A stretch of 63,738 bases of DNA, the filler included, from Thraustochytrium aureum (lineage: Eukaryota): assembly GCA_012862495.1 (NCBI GenBank). It is 6 parts of 6 records of this genome, joined end to end, with 100 filler letters (N's around TTAATTAATTAA, not from the genome) between each part and the next. Parts side by side here need not be neighbours in the genome. Positions count along the whole stretch, not along the records: positions 8,959 to 25,141 come from BLSG01000044.1; positions 25,242 to 38,525 come from BLSG01000045.1; 4 more parts are not named here. One strand, written 5' to 3'. The position numbers and the translations under genes were made by a program. The notes below the pieces were generated by a model that was not told where the DNA came from, made no database searches, and saw only the letters and a program-made list of their open reading frames with translations. Below are positions 21,521 through 31,526 of this stretch, one piece after another; position 1 is the first letter of the stretch, and each line of letters begins with the position of its first letter.

Positions 21521-24500
21521 ATGGGCACGGCGTCACATGCCTCGAATACGTCCGTCACGGACGAGGAGGGCGGCAAGGTCGAGTTTCTGATCGCCCGCGG
21601 CGAGCGACTCGTAGTTGCAGAGATGGTCGCCAAACAGTTCGTTCGGCGACCGCGGGTCTGCCTAGCATCGTGGTGGCTTCTCATCCTGGGCCTGACAGGT
21701 GTCGCTATCGCTGCCGGATGGCTCAGCATTGGCAACCTGGGAGGGCGAGACTGGATTGTTGCATCCAGCATCGAGTCTGAACGACTTGACGCACTCGAGG
21801 ACGCCTTTGATCGGCTCGACATCAACCAGGAAGACAAGTCACAGACAGAACCTCGCAGTCGTCCGAGCGCGACCAGGTCGGTGCAGATCCTGCTGGAATG
21901 GGAGGACGAAGGGCGAAAAGAGGCGGTCTTTACACCTGCCAATATCCAGGGCCTCTGCAAGTTCGAACGTGTGGTGCGTCGCTTGCAAAACTTCACCAAG
22001 TATTGCCTCACAGACGAGCCTCGTGGAACAGAGACAAAGTGCAAGGCAGGGGCGACCAACCTCGTTGGCTACTTTTACCAGACAACGGAGGCGCAGGACG
22101 CATGCGATGCAATCGATCCGGCAATTTTCCAGAGTGCGCTCGCGCTTGCCATGCAAGAACCAAACTTGGTGGCGTTCTTCGTTTCCGGCAGCGACCAGGA
22201 AACCGGTGTCGCGGTACGGACGCGATCCGAGGTCCTGATTGGCTTTCCGCTCGGCTCTGACACCACGGGCGATACAAGCCTGGACGACGACGTCGTTGGC
22301 GGCTTTTACGAGCCGTTCACCGACGAGATGGAAGAGGCCCTCAAGGAGTATTCTGGGCTAAAAGGAAGCTTTTTCAGCAGCGCCTACAACACAGGCGGCG
22401 TTTCCATTGGTGGCGGGGCGCGTGTTCGGTACTTTAGCTACTCGTTTGGCGACAACGAGTTTGGCAAACTGGTAAACAGCGACCAGGTGCTCGCCAGCGC
22501 TTCTGCGCTCCTGGTTGGAGTCCTCACGTACTGGCACGTGCGTTCGCTGTTCATTACGGTAAGCGCGGTGTTCGGAATCCTCTTCTCGGTTCCAGCCGCT
22601 CTCGTCGTGTACACTGGCGTGTTTGGCATCCACTACTTCAACTCGATCCACATTGTAACCGTCTTTCTCGTCCTTGGCATTGGCGCGGACGCCATCTTCG
22701 TGCTCGTCGACGCCTTCAAGCAATCAGCAACGAGCTGGGTGCACATGCGCGGCCTGCGCTCCGCGGTGGAGGCGGAGAGGGCTAACAAATACGGCACTGG
22801 TCGCGCCGAGACCGAGATCCTGATCGCTCGCCTCGCGTACTCGTGGCGGCGTACCGCAATTGCCGTGTTCAACACCAGCATCACCACCTGCTTGCGTTTT
22901 TGGCGACCGGGGCCTCGCCCGTGCTCCCGGTCTCGGGCTTTGGGTACTTTGCTGCTGTCACAGTTATGGTTGTCTACGTTTGGTCGCTGACCCTTTTCCC
23001 AGCTATTCTCGTGGTCGACCACCTCTTCTTTGCGCGTCGCCCATTTTGCTGCGCTTGCTTGAGAGTAGAGCGCGTGAGTGCTCCAGATGCTATGGTCGCG
23101 GATCGCGACGCGGCAGCCGCTGGCAGTGGCTCGTGCGAGGAGCGAGTGTTCACGGCGGCCTACATCCCGGCCATGAAAGCGAAAACCAACATCGGAGCGC
23201 GCTCGGTCCACTGTCTGGCGTGGGCCTGTGTGCTGACGCTGGTGGCGTTCGCGTGCTCAATGTTAGTTTTTGCCACCAAGCTGTCGACCCCAACCAAGCC
23301 GGACGTCTCCTTTTCCAGCAACCACATGTTCGCAGGCTTCGAGGACGACTACCAGAAATTCTCTGCTGGCGAAGGACGCTTTGCCGAGCCCTTTCTCGTC
23401 TTTGGGATTGCTGGCATAGACCGCACTGGCTACAACCGCTGGTTACCCTCGAAGAACTTGGGCTCGGCTGTTTTCGACGCAGGCTTTGATTTGGCTCCGC
23501 GCGGGGCACAGCAGTATATGCTGGACCTCTGCGATAGCCTTGAGGGGCTGACTTGTATCCCGGAAGGCGCAACCAAGCGGTTAGAAGGNNNNNNNNNNNN
23601 NNNNNNNNNNNNNNNNNNNNNNNNNNNNNNNNNNNNNNNNNNNNNNNNNNNNNNNNNNNNNNNNNNNNNNNNNNNNNNNNNNNNNNNNGTTGGCAACGTC
23701 GAGTGCGTCCTTCGGGAATTTCACGAATGGCACGCGGCAGCGTTTCCGGGCGACATCCCAGCCCTCGAGTTAGGCGAGGTCAACCCAGCACAGTGGTACG
23801 GCCGCCTCAAGGCCTTTGCGCGCAACAGTACGCGTGCTGCGGCCCGTGTCGGCGTGATCAATGACGAGGTCAAGTTTTTCGTCATGAGCTACGAAACGAG
23901 CCTGACAGAGTTTCGCCCGGAGCAAATCAAGGCTCCGGTTCTTGAGCTTTTGGAAGCTTGGTTCCAGCGCGAGTCGGCCAAGGCGCCTGCGAGCTTGCGG
24001 AGCTTTTTCCAGACCAGCATCGACATCGTGTGGATCGTCACTGAGCAGGGCATTGTGCAGGGCATTTTCACAGGACTCGGGATTTCTCTCCCGTTCGCCT
24101 TCCTGGTGGTCCTTGTCGGGACCTCCAACGTTGTCCTTTCGCTATTCGCTGTCATCTCTATCGTATCCATCGTCTCCTTCGTGCTGGCCTCAGCGTACCT
24201 CTTGGGCTGGAGCCTCGGAATCGGCGAGGCGATCGCTGCGGTTATGGTCGTGGGCTTGTCCGTCGACTATGTGCTTCACCTCGGCCAGGTGTATAGCCAC
24301 GCGATCGAAGAGGGTCACCACACATCGCAAGAGAGGTTTGAATACACTGCGAAGGTGATGGGCCCAACGGTGGTTGCGGCAGCGGCAACAACTGCGCTCT
24401 CCTCGTCAATCATGTTCTTCACGCAGCTCGCTTTCTTCAGCAAAATGGGTGCTCTCATCGTGCTCACCATAGTGGGCTCGTTCGTGTACAGCGTGTTTTT

Positions 24501-24609
24501 CTTCCTCCCACTCTGCCTCCTGCTAATGAGCGACGATCCGTCATTTGGCAACTGGGTTGAGTTCCTGCGTACTGTTTGCTCCAAGCCATCGAGCAAGGGC
24601 CTCGAATGA
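21521..24609 (+). CDS. Dispatched/Patched-like RND-family membrane protein with sterol-sensing domain (frameshift near 22890, small gap)
   Basis: Two TM bundles with GIGADAIFV and GLSVDYVLH (GxxxD) motifs, NTSITT, MGPTVVAAAATT, and two large extracellular loops. Confidence 0.9.
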
Positions 24610-24918
24610 CAGCCTCGAATGACAGCCTGATCTGCACCAATAGTTCTACTCGCTCTACAGACGGGCTCTCGACCTCCCCGCTTGAGAACTGCTGAGTATG
24701 CGAAGTGCAACGGTGGACCGATCTAAGCTCGACGTCGTTTTTTCCAATTGATTCAGTTGTTTTTGGTATTTGGTGCATGTGTTCGAGTGGCGCTCGCACT
24801 AGAAATCGGTTGTGCTTGCTTCTAGGGTCACCTCGATCGCGTTGGCGCTGCTGTGTCAGATTTTCATCCCTTGCTTGAAGCTGTGCACGCTGCCTGGAAG
24901 TCTGCGCCGCTTGGCGGT

Positions 24919-25141
24919 TCAGGCGCTCGCCATCTTGTCCATCATGTTGCATTTGGCTTCGAGATCAGCGACGATATCAGTTAGAACACGCGTCTCACAA
25001 TTCAGGAACTCGATATCTGCGTGGGCATCGTCGAGCTTGATTTGCAAGTATTTCGCAGTCTTTTGGGCGGCGGAGGCGTTTTGCAAAACCAACTTGTACT
25101 TGAGCCGTCCAAGGCGTTTGGTGGCGGTGCACTGCATTGCC
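24919..25141 (-). CDS. 3' fragment of a hypothetical coiled-coil protein
   Basis: Open frame running from the linker to the stop at 24919 (LQIKLDDAHADIEFL...VADLEAK). Confidence 0.35.
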
Positions 25142-25241
25142 NNNNNNNNNNNNNNNNNNNNNNNNNNNNNNNNNNNNNNNNNNNNTTAATTAATTAANNN
25201 NNNNNNNNNNNNNNNNNNNNNNNNNNNNNNNNNNNNNNNNN
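25142..25241. other. Artificial contig-joining linker
   Basis: TTAATTAATTAA at 25186-25197 flanked by Ns. Confidence 0.97.
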
Positions 25242-25257
25242 CCAACATGAAAGTACG

Positions 25258-25566
25258 TCGCGCGATGGAGTGCCGCGGCGAATCGCTGTTGACGTCCTCG
25301 CCAGGACGACCGGCGCCACCGCCAGCCACCGGCAACGACGAGCAAGTGCTCCAGGTACTCACTTCCGACGACGCTGTGACTTAGTTGGCAGAGCAAGTAG
25401 AGTACTCTCGAGCTCTTCGCCATTGACGCAATAGAGTCTCGCGCGATGGAGTGCCGCGGCGAATCGCTGTTGACGTCCTCGCCAGGACGACGACCGGCGC
25501 CACCGCCAGCCACCGGCAACGACGAGCAAGTGCTCCAGGTACTCACTTCCGACGACGCTGTGACTT
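25258..25566 (+). repeat. Near-identical ~125-bp direct repeat
   Basis: Copies at 25258-25382 and 25439-25566; the second has a 3-nt (CGA) insertion. Confidence 0.9.
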
Positions 25567-26084
25567 GTACCCCACCCCACGCCGCGCAGCCAGCCACTCG
25601 GCCATCGGAAACAGGCACGCAAGGCAGCAGCCTGGACCGCGCCCCGACTGAAAATCCGCACTGAATAGGTTGCGCGCCGCGCGCGGGTTAGGGTGTGGCG
25701 CACGCACCAACAGCAGGCGGCAGGCCGGCCGCGTCGACCCAACAGACAGACAGACAGACAGACTCGCAAGGCACCGCGAGACGCAGGGACGGCGGCCGAA
25801 AGCAAGCGCGCACGAGGCGTGACTGGACGAGGTAAGTTGCGGGCACGGCCTGTCGCTCGCGCTGGTCCGCTGGCGCCGGCTCGGCTCGGCTCGCCCTCCA
25901 GTGTGAAAAAACNCGGGCGGGACAATGGCTGCGACGCGCCTTGTCGCCGCCCGTGGAGGTGCCGCGCCGATGCGGCTCGGCGCCGGAGGCGCTGCGGAGG
26001 GCGGTATGGTAGGTGTGCTGACGCGCTGGCGCGCTGCGGCGGGCGCTCTTGGGTGGACAGCGGGAAGGAAGGAAACTGGGCAAG

Positions 26085-26873
26085 ATGAACGTTATTTTTG
26101 TGCTCGGCGGCCCCGGCGCCGGCAAGGGCACGCAGTGTGAGTTTATCACCGAGACGTTCGATTTTGTACACCTTAGCGCCGGCGACCTGCTCCGCGAGGA
26201 GCGCAACAACGCCAAGTCCGAGTTCGGCGAGCTGATCAGCAACTACATCAAGGAGGGCAAGATCGTGCCGGTGGAGATCACGGTCAAGCTCCTGCTGAAC
26301 GCCATGGTGGCCTCGGGCCGCACCAACTTTCTCGTGGACGGCTTTCCTCGCAACCAAGACAACCTGCAGGGCTGGGAGACGGTAGTCGGCGACAAGGCCA
26401 CAGTGCTGGGGTGCCTCTTTTTCGACTGCCCCGAAGAGGTGATGGAGAAGCGCCTCCTGAAGCGCGGCGAGTCGTCCGGGCGCTCGGACGACAACCTCGA
26501 GTCGATCCGCAAGCGTTTCCGCACCTACCAGGATGACACGATGCCCATCATTAACCACTTCAAGTCGCAGGCCAAGTGCTGGACGATCAACAGCGACCGG
26601 ACCATGACGGAGATCCGCGCCGAGGTCACCAGCGTGGTGCAGGGCGAGCTGGGCTTCCAGGTCGAGGGGGCCTTGAGCAAGGTGGCGCACCGCGCGCAGG
26701 ACGTTGCGCACGCCGCCAACGAGGCGGCGCACAAGGCTGCCGAGGCCGCCAACGTGGCCGCGCACAAGGCCGCAGACCAAATCGCGACGCTGCCCCCGGG
26801 CGTCAAGATGGCGGCTGGCCTCGGCTTCCTCTCCATCGCGGCGTTCATGATCGTGCGCTCGCTCAAGAACTGA
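26085..26873 (+). CDS. CMPK: UMP-CMP kinase (adenylate kinase family) with an Ala/His-rich linker and C-terminal hydrophobic tail
   Basis: MNVIFVLGGPGAGKGTQC, HLSAGDLLREE, GKIVP, FLVDGFPRNQDN, SGRSDDN..SIRKRF. Confidence 0.95.
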   Translation: MNVIFVLGGPGAGKGTQCEFITETFDFVHLSAGDLLREERNNAKSEFGELISNYIKEGKIVPVEITVKLLLNAMVASGRTNFLVDGFPRNQDNLQGWETVVGDKATVLGCLFFDCPEEVMEKRLLKRGESSGRSDDNLESIRKRFRTYQDDTMPIINHFKSQAKCWTINSDRTMTEIRAEVTSVVQGELGFQVEGALSKVAHRAQDVAHAANEAAHKAAEAANVAAHKAADQIATLPPGVKMAAGLGFLSIAAFMIVRSLKN

Positions 26874-27232
26874 ACTGACAGTGAGTAGGCTCGCTCGAAG
26901 AGTCGCTCGTAGAGTTTTTCCGAATCGGCGAGAATGCGCGTTCAGTTAGTCGCTGTGCTTTACTGGCTGCCGCGCGCTTGCCGTCTCTCGCGCGGCGGCG
27001 ACAGGGCTTGCCGGCTGCGGCCGTCAGACGGTCAGGAATCTCTTTGTTTTCTTGGTTTCTCTACTTGCTCAGTTTACTTTCGGGGGACTCGCTTGCGCTC
27101 TTGCAGCCAGCAGGCCGGGGAGCCCGGGGCAAGAACGGATGAGGCACGAAAAGGCAGGCGAAGCGGAGGCGGACGGGGGGGCAGTTCGGTCGTATTGCGA
27201 AGGGGAGCAGGAGCCGGCGCATCGGCGCGCCT

Positions 27233-28140
27233 CTAGCGGGTGTGCTCGGCTGTGCTCTCCGTCGCGGGCGGCCGAGTCCAGCGCGATTCGCGCGTCTTGA
27301 TGTTCCAGTAGTAGACCTTGCCCGAGGGCGCCACGGCCTGGCGCCACTCGCCGGCGAGGTTGGGCGACTCGGCCTCGATGTCGATCCAGCTCAACTTGCC
27401 CTGGAAGAGGTCGTCCCTGCTCAACTTGTCCAGCGTCGAGATCTGGTTGCGCACATAGTCGGCCATGCGGTACACGCACTCGTCCGGGGTCTTGGCATCA
27501 GACTGGTAGATGTTGCGCCAGATCGCAGAGCCGAGCTCCAGGTTCTCGTCGTCTGCGATGTTGAGCCCGTGGTCGTACGAGACCGCCGACGTAAAGCAGG
27601 ACTTTTGCACCTGCGCCAAGTGCTTGTTCACCGTCAGCTCGTGCACCCGGTGCTTCGGATCCTCCGCGTCGTGTCGTCCCAGAGCGTGTCAAACAGGGTC
27701 TCTTGGAGGTCCTTGCCGTGTTCGCCTTCCACCAGGAGCCGCCGGTGGACCATCCACACGTGCAGCATCAGCAGCTGCTGTCTCACCTGAAAGTTTTTAG
27801 TGTCATAGTACTCGAATTCGAGCCCAAAGCTCTCGTCGTTTGAGACGAGGATGCTCTGCTCCTCGCAGCTGCGGAATAGCGCTTGGCCCGTGCGAATGTC
27901 TGACGACTCCTTTCCGTAGTACCCCAACAGCCTCAGCAGCCAGTCCCACCGCTTCAAGAACACGTTGCGTTTCTCTTTCACCGGGGCGGCCTCCTTTATT
28001 CTCGCCTTGCCCGTCTCCCCCGCGTGGCCTTCCCCAGTGGCCAGGCCCCGGGCGCCGCCGCCTTTCGCAACAAGTTGCGCCCAGCCGCCGACCGTCGCGG
28101 CCCGCCACTCCCCGGCCGGCTCGGGCCACTTGGCAGAACC
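27233..28140 (-). CDS. CBP3: Cbp3/UQCC1 ubiquinol-cytochrome c reductase chaperone with a C-terminal WW domain (frameshift near 27645; 5' end in gap)
   Basis: QLLMLHVWMVHRRL, LFDTLWDD, SYDHGL, LGSAIWRNIY, MADYVRNQ; WW domain GEWRQAVAPSGKVYYWNIKTRESRWTRP. Confidence 0.85.
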
Positions 28141-29127
28141 NNNNNNNNNNNNNNNNNNNNNNNNNNNNNNNNNNNNNNNNNNNNNNNNNNNNNNNNNNNN
28201 NNNNNNNNNNNNNNNNNNNNNNNNNNNNNNNNNNNNNNNNNNNNNNNNNNNNNNNNNNNNNNNNNNNNNNNNNNNNNNNNNNNNNNNNNNNNNNNNNNNN
28301 NNNNNNNNNNNNNNNNNNNNNNNNNNNNNNNNNNNNNNNNNNNNNNNNNNNNNNNNNNNNNNNNNNNNNNNNNNNNNNNNNNNNNNNNNNNNNNNNNNNN
28401 NNNNNNNNNNNNNNNNNNNNNNNNNNNNNNNNNNNNNNNNNNNNNNNNNNNNNNNNNNNNNNNNNNNNNNNNNNNNNNNNNNNNNNNNNNNNNNNNNNNN
28501 NNNNNNNNNNNNNNNNNNNNNNNNNNNNNNNNNNNNNNNNNNNNNNNNNNNNNNNNNNNNNNNNNNNNNNNNNNNNNNNNNNNNNNNNNNNNNNNNNNNN
28601 NNNNNNNNNNNNNNNNNNNNNNNNNNNNNNNNNNNNNNNNNNNNNNNNNNNNNNNNNNNNNNNNNNNNNNNNNNNNNNNNNNNNNNNNNNNNNNNNNNNN
28701 NNNNNNNNNNNNNNNNNNNNNNNNNNNNNNNNNNNNNNNNNNNNNNNNNNNNNNNNNNNNNNNNNNNNNNNNNNNNNNNNNNNNNNNNNNNNNNNNNNNN
28801 NNNNNNNNNNNNNNNNNNNNNNNNNNNNNNNNNNNNNNNNNNNNNNNNNNNNNNNNNNNNNNNNNNNNNNNNNNNNNNNNNNNNNNNNNNNNNNNNNNNN
28901 NNNNNNNNNNNNNNNNNNNNNNNNNNNNNNNNNNNNNNNNNNNNNNNNNNNNNNNNNNNNNNNNNNNNNNNNNNNNNNNNNNNNNNNNNNNNNNNNNNNN
29001 NNNNNNNNNNNNNNNNNNNNNNNNNNNNNNNNNNNNNNNNNNNNNNNNNNNNNNNNNNNNNNNNNNNNNNNNNNNNNNNNNNNNNNNNNNNNNNNNNNNN
29101 NNNNNNNNNNNNNNNNNNNNNNNNNNT

Positions 29128-30700
29128 TGAGCTGCTTCACGAATGCGCTGGCCACGGCCCCGTTGAAGCCGTTCTCGTTGTACAAAAAGTGCTCGAGGCG
29201 CTCGAGAAACTGGATCCGCGTTTCGATCGACCGCGAGTCGGCTTGCGAGACCCGGTACTCGTTGTGCACGAGAGCAGTGAGGCGGAAAGCGAGCTCCATC
29301 GAGGTCGTCGTCGCGTCGCGGAAGGCGAGGTAGTCGCGCTTGCCCAGCTTGCCCTGGCCTAGCGAGGCAGGCCCGTTGCGCGAGCCAGTGATCTGCTTCC
29401 AGATCTCCTCTGCGCGGCCAGGCGAGAGGTCTTGCTCAAAGGCAGCGTACTTTGAAAAGTAGGCCGATTTCGGCGTGTTGGGGCAGTCGGAGCGGAACGA
29501 GCGCAGGCCCAGCTTGACGTCCATGACGCTGACGGGCTCGAGCTCCGGGTTGGCGCCCTCGTCGCGCACGAGCATGGTCGCGTCGGAAATGACCAGCTCG
29601 CGGGGCGAAACCTCCTCGTTGACGCGCAGGAGTCGCGGCATGAAGCGCGTCAGCGCGTCCGGCGGCTGCGTCTCCCAGGCCCTGCGGTAAAAGGCCACCT
29701 CGTCGTCAAACTGCTCGGGCTTGTCCTCCTTCTTTACGAGCTCCCCGCCGTGCGAAGCGATGTTGCCATGAGCACCGCCGACCTGGGCCATGTTGCTGCT
29801 GGCGGTGATCTTGCCCATCGTGACTTGCAGGCAATGCTTGAGGAAGGTCAGCCCGTGAAGGTATCCCGCGTCCTTGCCGCCGTCCGAGATCTCGAAAATG
29901 TGCGCAAAGTCAATCATGCGCACGCGCACCTGGGGGGGCGCCCCGGCAGCGCCCTCGTACACAACCAGAAGCGAGCTGCCGTACATCCGCCACGTGGGAT
30001 ACTTGATGAGCATGGCTTCAATCTCGCTCAGGCGCTTGATGACCTCCTCGACCACGCTGTGGCGCACGACGCGGCCGTCGAAGAAGAACTGCTCGATCGC
30101 GTTTTGCATCGTCTCGGCAGTGATGCCCATGCACCACTCGCGCGACGACTTCCAGACCTGGCCGATGCTAGGCCGGTACACTTTCATGCCCACGATGCGG
30201 AATCCGATGGCCTCCTGCGGCGGGTACTTTTGGCGCTCGCGCTCGATCTTTGCCGCCGAGGCGGTCTCGTCGTACGTTTGCTGGCCCATTTTCAGGTCGA
30301 GCACGCAGGGCTCGCGCATGCCGTGGGTGAGGTTCTCCATCTTGAGGTACATCGCGTCGCCCACCTTTTCCTGGCCAAAGTACTTTGGGATAAACTCCTT
30401 GATCGGGTGGTTGTCCCGCGTCACCTGCGCGTAAAAGTCTGCCTCCAGCTCGCCGCGGCTCTTGCCCTTGCCGGGCTGCGCCGGCTGGAACGGCTTGAGG
30501 ATCTGCGCCCCGCGCATCAAGATTGGCGGCCCCTTGTCCTTTTTGCTCCCGTGCCCGCCCACAGCGTCCAGCTGCGACAGCTCGGACACCTGCGAGCTGC
30601 GCTTGCTCGCGGCGTCCTCCGCCGTGCCCTCTTGCTGCCTCTCCATCCGCTTCTTCAGCAGGTACATCGCGCCAGCCACAGCAGCGACGCAGCACGCGCC
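29128..30700 (-). CDS. Inositol polyphosphate kinase (IPK/IPMK family) with two tandem kinase domains; both ends in gaps
   Basis: Domain 1: FIPKYFG, MENLT, PCVLDLKMG (PxxxDxKxG), GFRIVG, SSLLVVY, MIDFAH, GYLHGL. Domain 2: EVAFY, FMPR, PVSVMDVKLG, AFRLTA. Confidence 0.9.
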
Positions 30701-31194
30701 NNNNNNNNNNNNNNNNNNNNNNNNNNNNNNNNNNNNNNNNNNNNNNNNNNNNNNNNNNNNNNNNNNNNNNNNNNNNNNNNNNNNNNNNNNNNNNNNNNNN
30801 NNNNNNNNNNNNNNNNNNNNNNNNNNNNNNNNNNNNNNNNNNNNNNNNNNNNNNNNNNNNNNNNNNNNNNNNNNNNNNNNNNNNNNNNNNNNNNNNNNNN
30901 NNNNNNNNNNNNNNNNNNNNNNNNNNNNNNNNNNNNNNNNNNNNNNNNNNNNNNNNNNNNNNNNCGCACGAGGCGCGCGAGAGCTTTCGTACTGCGTGCG
31001 GCTTGCACTCTCTAGAGCTACTCGCTAGAGCTCGAGAGAGAGAGAGAGTTCTTGTGGACTGTGTGCGGATTGCGGTGCTCGGCTCTGACGTCGACAGGAG
31101 CGCGTTGAGGAGGGACTCGGACAGCATGTTCGCGACCTCGACGAGCAGGTTTGATTGAACGCTTTTGAGAACGCTTGACTGATTGTTGAACGCT

Positions 31195-31283
31195 TGCTTG
31201 GTCGATTGATTGATTGATTTTGATTGATTGAATTGGATTGAACGCTTGATTGATTGATTGATTGATCGATCGATCGATCGATC
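31195..31283. repeat. (ATTG)n/(GATC)n microsatellite
   Basis: Imperfect GATT and GATC tetranucleotide runs. Confidence 0.85.
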
Positions 31284-31526
31284 CAGCTGTGCAGTGATGC
31301 TGGGCTTGCTGGGCCGGCCGGTTGTTGGCGCGCTCCATCGCGAAGTGGTTGTTGCTGGTGTTCTACTTATAAACGCTACCCACGGCTCGAGGACCTTGCG
31401 CTTGTTCGGCTTGGGGTTTGGCTTCTGCCCCGAGCAGAGGCAAGCCACGCCGCCTCGACGGCTTGCAGCTTGGGGGCGTGTGACCCCCCCGGCGCCCGTG
31501 GCGATGAGGGCGACTGACTCTGCTGG

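Noticed and set aside
24599..24627. 13-bp tandem duplication overlapping the Dispatched-like stop codon
   Set aside because: A small local duplication with no further structure.
25258..25566. 125-bp direct repeat as an LTR or CRISPR-like unit
   Set aside because: Only two copies at a contig edge, differing by one triplet; more likely an allelic or assembly duplication. No TG...CA ends and no spacers.
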